Assembly (NCBI RefSeq): GCF_009914755.1
Contig: NC_060947.1
DNA length: 64,000 nt
Reading direction: 5' to 3' (one strand)
DNA from: the human T2T-CHM13v2.0 reference genome, Homo sapiens
Positions 1 through 13,249 of this stretch are shown in pieces (position 1 is the stretch's first letter; every line of letters begins with the position of its first letter). The notes under the pieces are model-generated. The model did not search any database, was not told the DNA's origin, and saw only the letters and a program-made list of their open reading frames with translations. Made by a program: the position numbers and the translations under genes.

Positions 1-727
1 AGTAGGCTTTATATATAAATTAAGTTCAGATTCAAGAAAAGGCAGTTATTGAGATTCACTGCCATTGCATGTAGATCCTTATGTGGGGATTTCTAAGAAT
101 CATTGTCCAGCACCTAAACTGCAAAGCAAACCGGTAATAAATCAGACAACAATTAAGAGCCAAGTCATCTTGAGACAAGAGCTCAGGACTCAGAGAAGCA
201 GCCTGCAAATGTGAAATGGACATTCAGAAGTCAGTGAGTTTCTGAACTAGCAGTGCCCGGTTACGAAGCTGTTGAAGAGCCTTGTGGACTGCTTTATATG
301 TTCTGGGTAGTTCCATAGGTCCTCGCAGAAAGAGAAAATAAACCTTTCGTTGAAATTAACCTTAGACCTAGATTCTTAAAGGACTCAAACTTTTCGCGGG
401 GAAGGAAAGGCCAGTCTATTGACAGGAGCTGTAGATATTAAGGCCTGTGGGGGGTGGGGGAGGGGGACTCATTATCTGGGAAAAGCCACACCCTTAATCC
501 ATCATAAACAGTGATGCCTGGGGCACAGTTGAGACTACACCTTGGAGGAAGAATCTAGGTTTTTCCTATCCAACTCCAAAAGAAACACATTTCAATGGCA
601 ACTGCTGAAAAACAAGCAAACAAAAAGTACCAGCACCTTTTTGTTTCTTTGGTAAGAAGGCGAAACATCCCAGATTGTCTAAAAAAAAGAAATTCGGGAA
701 ATCAGAACGTTTTATCATGATCTGGGG

Positions 728-1164
728 TTATGTTGTCCAGTAAGATAGCCACTAGTTATATGTGGCTACTGAGCATTTGAAATGGGACTAGCATAACTGA
801 GGAAGCCAAATTTTCATTTTGCTTTATTTTTGCTTCAATTTTATTTATATTGAAAACAAACAGTTTTTAATATTCTTCCATTAACCATAACTTCATTGGT
901 TTGGGAGAACAAGTTTACTTTAACCCATGAAAATATGGCAACTGAATTCAGATGTGCTGTAAATGTAAAATATCCTCCAACCTTAATGATTTAGTACATT
1001 CTTATCACTAACGTAAAATGTCTCATTAAGTCTTTTTTGATTACATGTTGAAATATTTTAGCTAAATAAAACATTAATGTCACCTGTTTATTTTCACTTT
1101 TTAAAGTGGCTACTCAAAAAGTTTAAATTACATATATAGCTTATATTTCTTTTGGACAGCACTG
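728..1164 (-). mobile_element. hAT-Charlie DNA transposon fossil (MER33/Charlie1-derived)
   Basis: Ends 'tgttgtccag..tagccactag..tgtggctactgagcatttgaaatg' and 'tttggacagcactg' match MER33/MER3-type termini. Confidence 0.75.
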
Positions 1165-2297
1165 GCCTGGAGTACAGTTCAAAAATAGGGCAAGAATTCA
1201 GAGTTACTTCTTCCACATCTGAGTTTTGCGAACATTTATTCCTGCTACATACACACCAGTCTGTGTATCTACACATAATGAAAAACAGACTTTTCTCAAT
1301 CCCCTCATATACAGAGGGCAGGTGAGTGAGCCAGTGAGAGAAGACTGAGAGGTAAGTGGATCATATAAATTAAGATGGCCTAACAACATTAGAATCATTA
1401 GGATTTAATCCTATAACTTATGACAACAGTCCAAGATGCAAAGTGATTTTTAAAAGTGATCTAAATTAAATTTTCTAGTTTTCCTTTTCTTTCCCTTTAA
1501 TAGGTTTCATGAAAATCAAGAATTATAAGGCGGGGAGGTAAGGCTGGAGAAGACAATCTAATAAAGCGATGTAGGACAAATGAGAAAAATCAGGCTTCCT
1601 TATTCTACTCCAACACTTTCCAACTGTCATGACCTTCATGGTCTGTCTGTACCTCAATTCTCTGATCAGTAAAATTTGGATGAAATATGCTGGACTCTGT
1701 TGAGACAAAATGAAAACATAAGGAGAGTCTATCATCTGTAAATCACTACATTATGTACCCATTAGTATTTTATTGTTAGCAAAGATTAATAGAAAACTGA
1801 CAACTCCAAGGCTGGATGGCATGAAGCCCTAACACCTAGTAGTTGCTGCCATAGTCTGATTTGAGGTTCCTCAAATCATTCTTCCCCAGCCTAATCATTT
1901 TTTCTCTTCAGACCTGGAATCCTGCCATCCTCTCGCGTCATAGTTTGGGGGTTACTGCCTGCATATGCCAATGAACAGTATAGCCACGTGACACAGAAAT
2001 GAAGGCCACAGAACCATAATTCATCAGTTACTCAATGTGTTAGCTGACAACTTGGAAATCATAGAGCACTCAACTCCAAGTTACTTCCTGAAAAGCAGAG
2101 AAATGCTTCCTCAGTGAGGCCACAGAACTCACAGCTTTACATTTTACCTACAATTTGCACATGATCCACATGATCTGGCCTCGGCTTTCCCTCAACCCCT
2201 TACAACTGTTACAGTTTCATAGCCTTCTGTCAGTCACTAGACAAAACTCAGACACTTCCTTCCAGTACTGGCAACATTACTGCACATTCTTCTTTTA

Positions 2298-2375
2298 GGT
2301 TTTCAGCCCTGGCTACACATTAGCATCACCCGAGGAGCTTTTAAATCTGTACCATTGTGTGTTTCTGATGCCCCC
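2298..2375. mobile_element. MER5B-like fragment
   Basis: 'ggttttcagccctggctacacattagcatcacccgaggagcttttaaa' resembles a MER5B terminus. Confidence 0.55.
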
Positions 2376-2383
2376 CACGCCAT

Positions 2384-2704
<321 letters not shown>

Positions 2705-3354
2705 TCTAATGCCCCCTTTCTTTCATAACATTACACACCAAGTATTATTTGGCAAACTTCTCATCCCCTATACTGTATTACTTATTGACATTGTTTCCCA
2801 GCTCAGGCCTACACGCTTGGCACATTCTGTCTCTCTGGCCACAATGATCGTGTAAGCAAGGCTGAAAACCAACTTAAAGGAATGGGAAGAGTTACAAACT
2901 TAAGTCTCCCACACATGATGCAGGATGATGACTTTATCAGATATTTTCATGATTTTATGATATTTATCAGACATTTTCTCCTGGGAAGTTTATGTTAGAG
3001 TAAAAATCATGTATCATTAGGGAGTAGAGGTAATGCTAAAAGCAAGGACTGAGAGTAGTTAATTCATGAGAATGAATGATGGAATCCCATGACGTGATAG
3101 ATCAGCTGCTACACTATGGTCTCAATAGTTCAATTATTCATAAAATTACACTGATCGTAGTTTTCTAATGTGACATTTTTGTTTTGATTATTCGGTTGGT
3201 CAGACAACTGAGTAACCAAATGGTTTCGCCTACTTATTTGGTTATTCAGTTGTTCAGTTTCTTGACCTTTTTACCCCATGCTTCCTTAACATAAGCTGAA
3301 TTTATCTCTGTTCAATGTAACACAAAAGCTCGTATTTAGAGCCAGATTATACCA

Positions 3355-3500
3355 GTTTCCAGCTGTGTCCTCTTAAACATATTACTCATTCTCTCATGTC
3401 TTCCATTTCTTTCCTTAAAAAATGAGAATACCACCTATCTCCTATATATGTTTGCAAACATGTTTACAAGATATGTGAATTAACCTTGCACAGTTAGCAT
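3355..3500 (+). mobile_element. MIR fragment
   Basis: 'agctgtgtcctcttaaacatattactcattctctc..aaaatgagaataccacctatctc' resembles the MIR core. Confidence 0.55.
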
Positions 3501-3840
3501 CTCTCAGGATGTGAAAGTGACCGTCTTCCTCCTCAGTAATTTACTCTTTGTCTTATCAAAGCCATTAAAACCCCTCAGAGGTGATTAAATTTGCTGTGAT
3601 AAACAGTGGGGTTATTAAGCAAAGTAGTAAACTATGAACACACCTAAGTTTTTTCTTAAATATTGTAGTGGAGCTGGAAATTTTTTTTTTTAGGTATTTC
3701 TTCCATATCCACAAAAAAGCAGCAAGCCCACTGAAACTCATCTGTTTGTGCTACTAAATAATCCCCTACTTTTCCTACTGTAGGTTGATTTATTGGTCCC
3801 CACTTTCTCATTCCTACTTAATAGGATGGCATATCTAGCC

Positions 3841-4201
3841 TATGGTGGGAAATGTGATAGCCTTTGGTCAACGGGGTGTTAAGAAAACATGACAGGAGCA
3901 GAGCCTTGAGATGGGCTGGCATGTTTGGGCTTGCTATCTAGTGACAACCTATGAAAACATGCACTGGGTGGCCGGTGCCATTCCAGTGTGTGCCTCTGGA
4001 CGTGACACATCAAAGAAATCCAAACCAAACCTGCCGCTGAAAGCCAAGCCTAGCAACTACCAGCCTGATGCAGAACCAAATCTAGATCAACTTAGGTCAG
4101 CCAAACCCCGCATGACCATGAGAATTAATGCTATTTAAAACCATTAAGTTGGAGGTAATGATTATTACTTGATATTATTGTTTTGAGAGCTGACCAATAC
4201 A
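3841..4201 (+). mobile_element. MLT1 (H/I-type) MaLR solo LTR, degraded
   Basis: MLT1-like internal motifs and 3' end 'ctgaccaataca'. Confidence 0.6.
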
Positions 4202-4235
4202 TCTGCCCAAATAAACGCGTTTGTTCACATCATGA

Positions 4236-4787
4236 TGTTGTACTGAACCCCTATAACCCTCAATAGCGAAGGCATCAGGTTCAAGAGACTGAGGAAGAAA
4301 CCCATAGCCAGCAAACGAGGCATTGGGTTTTATTAGAGGTTTACATACAGGGGAGGGAATTCAGTAGTGGTGGGCTGGACAGGAGAAGTGCCTTACCTGT
4401 AGAAACGATCCAGTGGTGGCAGACTGGACAAGATAGCCTCGCAGCACAGTGGTAGTGATGGCGGCGGTGGGATGAGCGGGCAAACCAACGCTGCTTGCGG
4501 GCAGCATGCAGTTTATATAGCATTTTTACTTAACCCTCTGCCCTTAATGACGTTCACCTGGCAACCTTCATCCAACCCAAAACTCGGGGCCTCAATCCGC
4601 TGTATGTATGGCCCGTGTTCCACGGGATGCACTTGGGGCTCAGATGTTCCTCATAGACAAGGAAGGGCTCTCTTGCTGGGCTACTCCCAGATTCCGTAGC
4701 TCGGAAAACACATTCAGGTGTGTCTGCAGTACAGGGTCATTCTAAGGGTATGCGCACATTATTGCAATCAGGTGCATTTACCTTATA
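4236..4787 (-). mobile_element. LTR47-family ERVL solo LTR
   Basis: Minus strand reads '..ggtaaatgcacctgattgcaataa..atacccttagaatgaccctgta' and 'ctatgaggaacatctgagcccc'; TATA 'gctatataaactgcatgc'; 5-bp TSD catga/cttga. Confidence 0.8.
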
Positions 4788-4890
4788 CTTGATTACCTAT
4801 CTTACTGGTTATGTTGTTGTTTTGTGTGTACGTGTGTGTATGCATGGGTGTTTTTACAGAGTCAGATGTCAACCGCAGGGACAATACAAG

Positions 4891-5256
4891 TGTCTTACTC
4901 ATTTCAGCCTGCTGTAACAAGATACCATAGACTGGGCAGCTTAAACAACAGAAATTTATTTTCTCACAGTTCTGGAGGCTTTAAGTCCGAGGTCAGTGTT
5001 CCAGCGTGTTCAAGTTCTGGAGAGGGCTCTCCTCCTGATATGTAAACAACAACCTTCTCCTGTGTCCTCACATGGCAAAGCAAGAGCAAGCTCTCTGGTG
5101 TTTTCTTTACACGGGCCACCGGATCAGAGCCCCACCTGCATGTGCTTATCTTACCCTAATTAATTCCCAAAGGTTCCATCTCCAAATATCGTCCCATTGG
5201 GGGTTAGGGCTTCAGCATATGAATTTGGGGCAAACACGAATAGTCAGTCCATAACA
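4891..5256 (-). mobile_element. MLT1A0-like MaLR solo LTR
   Basis: 'ataccatagactgggcagcttaaacaacagaaatttatt..cagttctggaggc'; TG..CA ends; perfect TSD ACAAG (4886-4890, 5257-5261). Confidence 0.9.
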
Positions 5257-5856
5257 ACAAGTGAAGGACTACAGAATCTATTTTATACAGTAATATTTTC
5301 TTTTATGAGCTATATGAAAGTGACAAAGCAAGTGGTTTAGTATTGTAATACCATGACAAAGATTAAGAACTGAACTGAGCAAATACTTTATACTTCTGGT
5401 TCAGTTCATCATAACTGAATTACCCAAAAATATAAAAGGAGAGCTGTAGTTGTTCTAGAAAAATCTTCCTTCGTGTAGGAGTGGGTTTGCGGGTTACTGT
5501 GCTAATCCACACCTGGAGTTTTGGGCGTCAAGGTTGATAAGGGTCAAGGGTTTGGGTTTTGGCTCTGGCTTGTGGAAGATCGTTTTCTGAGAGCATTCTT
5601 GGGCACCAGCTGGTCAGACACTCCCATTCCAATGGGACATAGTTTTCAACAGAGAGGAATAATCCAGGTGTATATAAGGCAATACAAGAAACCTTGAGGC
5701 TTCCAGGCCTTAGCAAGAAGAATTGGAGTGGAAGTTTAAAAGCAGAACTGGAACATTTTCTAATTGAGGGTGGTAGAGAGAATTCTGATATTTATATATT
5801 CGGCTGAGGTTGAGAGCTTTCAAGGATGCTGAGCTGGCTGCTGGCTTGGAATGAAC

Positions 5857-5882
5857 GTGTGTGTGTGTGTGTGTGTGTGTGT
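5857..5882. repeat. (GT)13 microsatellite
   Basis: Read directly. Confidence 0.97.
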
Positions 5883-8355
5883 AGTGTAGTGTAAATAAGC
5901 AACATTGCTAGTCTTGTAATCTTATAATTGTTCATAAGAGAAAATACAGTCTAGAGGAAGAGATCATCTAGTTTACTGGGAACTAGTAATGCTTATCTTG
6001 CCGAGGTTTAAATGAATGATCACGGCTGTAATGACTTATAAGAAAAATTAAATCTAAGAGCACAGCCTCTGAGCAGAAACTGTATACAGAGGTTTATGTA
6101 CACAGCTGTGCGATGAAAAGAATTAGATGTGCTGTGCCCTGATGCTTTTGCAATAAAGGGTTCAAAAATCTGTGGAGAACACCCTACTCCTTAGTACAAC
6201 CCAGAGCAGTCTGCTGTAGCCTGCTTAATTGGTATGCTATGATCAAATCCCTCTTGATTACACCCCTAGGGTATAATAGGAGGCAGGTTTTACTTTAACG
6301 CCTTTCATCATACAGAAAGTAAACTGCTTTATGGATAAAAATAGCCATGTACAGACTCACTATTGACACCAGCCACCCCTGGTGACTTCAAGGCTCATCA
6401 GCAATGCACAACTGTTTTAAAATAAAGCAAAGAGTCACATGTAGAATTGGAATTACAGGAATAATGAGAAGTAAACAGAAAGAGGCCACGTTGCCTTGAG
6501 GGCTAACCTATAGATTAGAAAAAAATCGGGGCCCTAAAAGACACACTACTGATGGGGTCTAGGGATAGAGCTATTTTTAAAGCAGTGGTAACAAAACAAT
6601 TGGTGTCACGTAACACTCCAGTAACTAAGATAATTCACTTGACTGCAAGACAAGCAAAATATAGGATGTTAAATGTGCAACTATGTCTCAAGGTTACCCA
6701 AGTTAAAATTTGGAGCAACTAAACATGTCTCATTTTACAATGACAAAATGAACACTTAGTTTTCACTGTGTTTAAGAAAAGTGTCTTTGCCACATTAAAT
6801 GCATTATCAGGAGATACATTATTATCACAGCTGCAAGGAAAATATTTTTCAGATTCAAAGATTCAACAACACTGTGGTACGCAGAACTTGAATTGCTGTC
6901 AGATGAAAAGTTAAACGTCAGCAATTGAAACAACAAATATTCAGGACAAAGTGTTTATAGCCCTTTCTTTTGAGGGTTTTCACATTGAGGAAGTATGCTT
7001 TTTATCTTCTCCAGTGATACTTTAACATGGGCCTTCAAGCACCTGAATAACAGCAATTACAAAAATATATTTTTTTCATCAACGACTGGGCATTTTATGC
7101 GTTTTTTTTTATTTTGCCTATTAAATATGCCCTTAAAATCGTGCTTGTTCCTCAGTCTACTTATTAGAAGTTCAAAACAAGGCTTTGGTTCAAATCCAGT
7201 TTCTGAGATAAATTTCTTAATTCATTGTAAAAAATATTAATGGTGACCAAAATTTTAATGTTTTTAGAAAACATCACAGGTAATCAGAACAAACAGGAAT
7301 AAAAAGAACAAAGAGTAAAGGAAGGAGAAGGAAGGAAGAAGGAAAGGGGAAATGTAAGGAGGAGTAGAGAATGAAGAGGTGAAGGGAAAAGCTGTGATTT
7401 TTATTTTCAGATAAAGCACAGGTAGAGAAAATCTATGACATTAGGAGAGTCTTTCATTTAAAAACCCCATAGTTTTAGGTAGGAGGGTTCTTATTGGTGG
7501 AATCTTTCATACTTGTTCAATCCAAATTATCCATTAATTGTTTTGTCTGATTTATTAGCTTTCATCAAATAAATATCATTTTCTATGCTTTAGCAACTTG
7601 AAATCATTTGCCAACTGTTGTTATATAATACAAGTCGAAAAAGTTGGTATGCCCAAAGGCTTATCTGGATTTTGTATTCATTTTTTCCATTTTGAAGTTC
7701 AAAACAAGTCATTTCTTTTTCTTTATTCTCTGCAATCAATAAAAAATGTGTGTTCATACTATTAAGAAGAGCATGACTGTTAAGAAGGCTTAGTTCAATG
7801 GATTAGTAGACAACCATTTTTTTAATTAGTCTTCCCCCTCTGAACTTTTCTCCACTTTCCGCAGCAAATGGAAACGTAATGAGAAATCTCATAGTATTCT
7901 GCCAAAATAAAGGGGATGTCAGGCAATAAAGCATATCCTTGCTAAATAGCATCACAAATCCCATATGTAGAATTATCATTTTATTTTTAAGAGTTTTTTC
8001 CACCAAAAGCCAAGAATAAAATTGCTTTGAAGGATAATTGTTAAATGGTTATGCTTTGGCTCTATATTTGAGCCTCCACGTAAGTCTTTAATTAATAATT
8101 TGTGCTATGGACCGTGTTCTGATGAGATGTTTTGCTAAGGAGATATGCTCCCTTCCCTTACTGCCACCCACAAGAGTAAATAAAAGCAAGACACTGGCGT
8201 TTTGGAAGTCAAACTGGGATTCTGAAGAAGTTCCTGGGCTCTGAGTATCATGCTACACAGTAGAGAGTCACTTCCTGCCTCTCTAATATCTAAAACAAAA
8301 GATTTGAACTGGTAGCCATTGATCTAATTCAGGCCTGAGATACATTTGGCTAGTT

Positions 8356-8874
8356 TGATACAGGACAGGTTAAGCCCCAAAATCAGGGCTTGGCCTGGGA
8401 GGATTCTTGGCTTTGCCTAGGAAAGAATTCAAGGGCGAGCCAGTGGCGTTAAACAGCTATGTTTTAGTGAACATTACTGCGCTTTGTGAAATAGGGACAA
8501 CTCATAGGCAGTGCCTCCAAAGTTGGCAGGGTATGGGCTGCTGGCTACTGTATTTATATCCATTTATACCCACTTTCAATTACATGTAAATTAAGTGGCA
8601 GATTAATGCAAATTGAGAGACAGGTTATTTAGAACTTTCTAGGAAAGGGGTGGTAACTTCTGGGTTATTGCCATGTCCTTTGTAAACTGTCATGGTGCTG
8701 GTGGGAGTGGCTTCTGCTAATATGCAATGAGGGCTGCTGGGGATCACTTTTGTTGCCATCTGCTGGTTTCTGCTGTTTTTCTCACTTCCGTTGGTCGCTG
8801 CCTGCTGGTACCTGCCAGTTTCTTCACTTTATCCTCTGGGAATGGGAAATAAGTCCTGCCCAACTCCTACCTCA
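8356..8874 (-). mobile_element. ERV1 solo LTR, MER41/MER83 group
   Basis: TG..CA ends; minus strand 'cactcccaccagcaccatgacagtttacaaa', 'gaagttaccacccctttcctagaaa', 'ttgaattctttcctaggcaaagccaagaa'. Confidence 0.8.
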
Positions 8875-9019
8875 GGCTTGCACAGAATTTTTAATTGGAA
8901 AACCTTTTTCCAGTTACCCACCAAATATACATCACTGCCTACTATATATCAGGCACTGTTCCAAGTGCTTGGGATTCACCAGTAGACAACATGCACACAT
9001 AAAAAAAAGTGCTCAACTT

Positions 9020-9240
9020 ATGAGGCAAATATATAGTGCACTGGGATGTTTTACATACAACTCCAGATTCTTAAGTTCCTCTTGAAAAATAAAATATATG
9101 GCCAAAAATAGCTCTACATTCTGACATGGACACTGCTAGACTGAATTGATTAGCAGTTGCCCATTTTAGACTGGGCACAGGCGTGCCATTTGCCAGTATT
9201 CTTTCCAATTTACACAATGTCCGTATGCATTTAGATCTTT
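9020..9240. mobile_element. MER102-like hAT fossil (other part probably at about 8310-8355 and 8875-8900)
   Basis: 'ccagattcttaagttcctcttgaaaaat' and 'tagcagttgcccattttagactgggca' resemble MER102. Confidence 0.55.
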
Positions 9241-9401
9241 GCTTCACCTATTTCCATTCCCTTTCAGGTCCTTGCAGGTATTTTAATTGTGGACTCCATT
9301 CACTGTATTATTTTATTTTATTTCAGTTCAGTTTGTATCATTTTGAGTTCCTGTTTTTAATTTAGTATAATATCATAGAAAGTGTTTGTACTTAATTCTA
9401 C

Positions 9402-9737
<336 letters not shown>

Positions 9738-10356
9738 TTAATTCTAATGCAGAATGTTATGGATTCTTATATTGGTTCTGGTATAAATAAGCTAAATAAA
9801 TTTAAACATGTTTTTTAAACTCTGTGTGGTCCAAATATATTCTCAGTAAAGTAAGAGTTTGACTTATTTGTGGGTTTGAAATTGAGTTCAGTTGAAACTC
9901 ACAATTCAGTTGAGCTGCTGTAATTTCAGTTTTATGGTTCCGTCTTCCTTATGCTATATATTTTTAAAAGAGGTTTTGTTGATAAAAAAAAGAAAGTTTG
10001 TGAACCACTGGGCTTTCTGATCTCTATGATCTCCTACAAATTTAAACTTATGTGATTTAACACTAATCAAAAGCAAATCGGTATTCCTATTTAACTTTTT
10101 ATATACAAAGGTCTTATTTCCTTAAAATTCCCTAAGTTGGAATAATATCTTAAAAGCTGTTCTTCCATAGTGTCAATTAAGTGCATAATAAACTAAAAAT
10201 ATTTGCTGAAAATACATACACATCTGGTAAAATTGTGTTGGTATGAATAGGAATAATAAATACAAAAATGAAAATTGGGAAGAGAGAATAGTGGTGCATT
10301 TGGGAAGGGTGGCATGTGGAGGAGGGCTTCTAGAGTATTAGTCATATTCTAGTCAA

Positions 10357-10652
10357 TTTTTCTTTAAGAGAAGGGCCCTCACTCTGTTTCCCAGGCTGAA
10401 GTTTAGTGGCACTATCATAGCTCTCAGTCTAACCTTGAATTTCTGGGCTCAAGCCATTCACCTGCCTCAGCCTCCTGAGTAGCTAGGACTATAGGTGCAT
10501 GCCACTATGCCCAGATAATTTTTTAATTTTTTCATAGACTTAATGTCTTGATATGTTGGTTAGGCTGGACTCAAACTCCTGGACACAAGCAATCCTACCA
10601 CCTCAGCCTCCCAAAACTCTGGGATTACAAGCACAAGCCACCACACCCAGCC
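10357..10652 (-). mobile_element. AluJ, within an old L1ME-like 3' end (about 10200-10750)
   Basis: Diverged antisense dimer with J-type 'ctgggctcaagc' and 'actatcatagctc'. Confidence 0.9.
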
Positions 10653-12153
10653 CCCTATTTCTTAAGTGAAGTGATTATGAGGAATAGCTCAATTCATTAT
10701 TGCTCTATATTCCTTACACATGTAAATCTTATATGTACATCTATAGCAAATGAAAAAAAAGGAATTTTCGTTGATATTTCCTTTAAATGAAGATCACATT
10801 GGAGGTCAAAATGTCACACCAAAAGGAAAGTAAAAAACTCAAAGTAAAGATATTTTGTTAAAATTATGAAGTGTTAAAATTGCAAATGACATCTCATTTG
10901 TAAATATTGTATTATTATTTATTAAGAATTACTCGAATAAGCCAAAATGATGAAAATGCTTGTTATATAGAGAAATCTAAAATGTAAGGCAGTAAGCAGC
11001 TACTCTTCCAATAACTCCAAAAGATGAAAATATGTTTGGTATACTAAAAAAAATCTAATCTGTAATGTAGTCAGTGGTATATTTTGAAAGAAAAGTAAAA
11101 CTATAGTTTTGATTATTTATAAAAGAATGAATTATTTTATATTTAAAATAATTAAGTCAGAGTTAAATAGTAGTAACATGTAATTTTTAAAATTGATAGG
11201 AAGTGTATATTATACAAATGTGATAAACAGCATTTATACTGTGGAAAATTTGTATCAATGACAGAAGGTAATCTCCCTTCTTACTACAATTCTTTTTTAA
11301 AGGGAAAAGAATATAAAAGATGAACAAGTGTACAGTCTGAAAAGGTTAATTTTCTTCTTTAAAAATTTCAACACTTTGAAAGTACCTGCATTCAACTTCT
11401 CTTCAAAATTATTACTTCTTAAACTACAGTCAGCCAAGCAATTTGCTATTGAGAACTCTCAAAATCCATTATTAAATACAATTTTCAAACATACCCAGTT
11501 TTTTGAAACACAAATTTTAACTTTGCTTTTGAAACTGACTGATGAGAAATTACCTAACTTTGAAAAAATATTCATTAAAAAGTCCATATTCCACCTAGTC
11601 ATGTGCTAAATATCAGCATTATAAGCAGCTGTTTCAAAACCTAGTTTTATGCAACATGTGCCCTTTTTAAAATTTTTCATAAAATGTAATATCTGTTGGT
11701 AGCACTACTAATAATATTATAGGAAAACGCTGAATTACGATCATATAGAAAATTATAAAATAGAAAAATAAACAGAGTTTAGTATAGAGTGTCTGAACAT
11801 GTGTAAAGCAAGGGGTCAGTTGCGGAGGACGACTTATTGAGATATTTGTAATATCCTTTCATCTACTTTTATCTGTTTTATAGTTTCCTAGTAAATTATA
11901 AGCAGTGATTACACCCTTAATCTTTGGCTTTATGGAAAAGTATAAAATCGCTCTTCAGTTTTATTATGACTGTATATGGATATTCTATTTACAAAAACAT
12001 ATGCTATTACATTTTGGCCAATCTTTGTATTAATTTTTGTAAGAATATATTGTGTAAGTATTTATAGGGTAATAATACATATCATACGAATGTTAAGAGT
12101 GCAATAGCAAAATAAAGAACCATAGCCAAAATAAATTCCTCATAAGCAAGCAT

Positions 12154-12163
12154 CACACACACA

Positions 12164-12204
<41 letters not shown>
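12154..12204. repeat. (CA)n microsatellite with one interruption
   Basis: Read directly. Confidence 0.97.
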
Positions 12205-12207
<3 letters not shown>

Positions 12208-12882
12208 GAAACATGGACATTTTCTTCACTGACTCAGAAAAAATTTTCAGGTAAAATGTCCTGTAAATGTTCGAGTGGTCACAAGTAAAAATTTACAAAG
12301 TGTTTCTATAGTTCCAGCAGAAAGCGAGGTGCATTAGAAGAAAAATATTCATGATATATTTAGAAAGACACCAAATTTTGATAAAACAAGTGGTAACTCA
12401 GTTTAATTAACCAAATATATACCACATGCAAAATATGTCATAGATACTGATAATTCAAAATAAGTATTCTCTAATTTGGAAATTAGCAACACACATTTTT
12501 GTGTATATATGTGGACAGATATATTAATCCATCCCTGGCATAGGAGTATCCCAATGTACTAATTTGAACTCTTATAAAGCATTCAGTTCAATATAACTCA
12601 TTAAATGGCCCTACAGCCCAAAGAAGAAGCCATCTTTAGTATGCATGATACAAGCTTTCATTTCTATAAAAAGAAATGGCAAAAGATTAGATTTGCAAAG
12701 CAAGATAAAAAGACACTTGTCAGCTCCTAGATCTTCCAGGAAGCAGCATATATAGGAGAAAGAGAAAAAAGGTAAAGCATGATTGATATAGGAAAACAGC
12801 TTTACATTATAAATTGTATGGTGTCTATATACGTGGGAAATTTTCTAAATTAAAAACAAGTCAAGAAACTATAAAGAAATTT

Positions 12883-13178
12883 GGCCAGGTGCGGTGGTTC
12901 ACACCTGTAATCCCAGCACTTTGGGAGGCCAAGGCGGGTGGATCACCCGAGGTCAGGAGTTTGAGACCAGCCTGGCCAACATGATGAAACCCCATCTCTA
13001 CTAAAAATACAAAAATTAGCTGGGCTTGGTGGCTCATGCCTGTAGTCCCAGCTACTCAGGAGGCTGAGGCAAGAGAATCCCTTGAACCCGGGAGGCGGAG
13101 GTTGCAGCCCAGGTTGCAGCCCAGCCTGGGCGACAGAGTGAGACTCAGTCTCAAAAAAAAAAAAAAAAAAAAAAAAAA
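12883..13178 (+). mobile_element. AluSx-like with internal deletion/duplication
   Basis: Dimer, long A tail, 20-bp TSD aagaaacta(t/a)aaagaaattt. Confidence 0.96.
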
Positions 13179-13249
13179 GAAACTAAAAAGAAATTTTCAT
13201 TTATTATCAGCAACTAAAAGGATTAAGTCAAAGATAATGTAACTAAGCA

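Noticed and set aside
4360-4480. Threefold 'cagtggtgg..ctggaca' motif
   Set aside because: Probably a native internal repeat of LTR47-type elements
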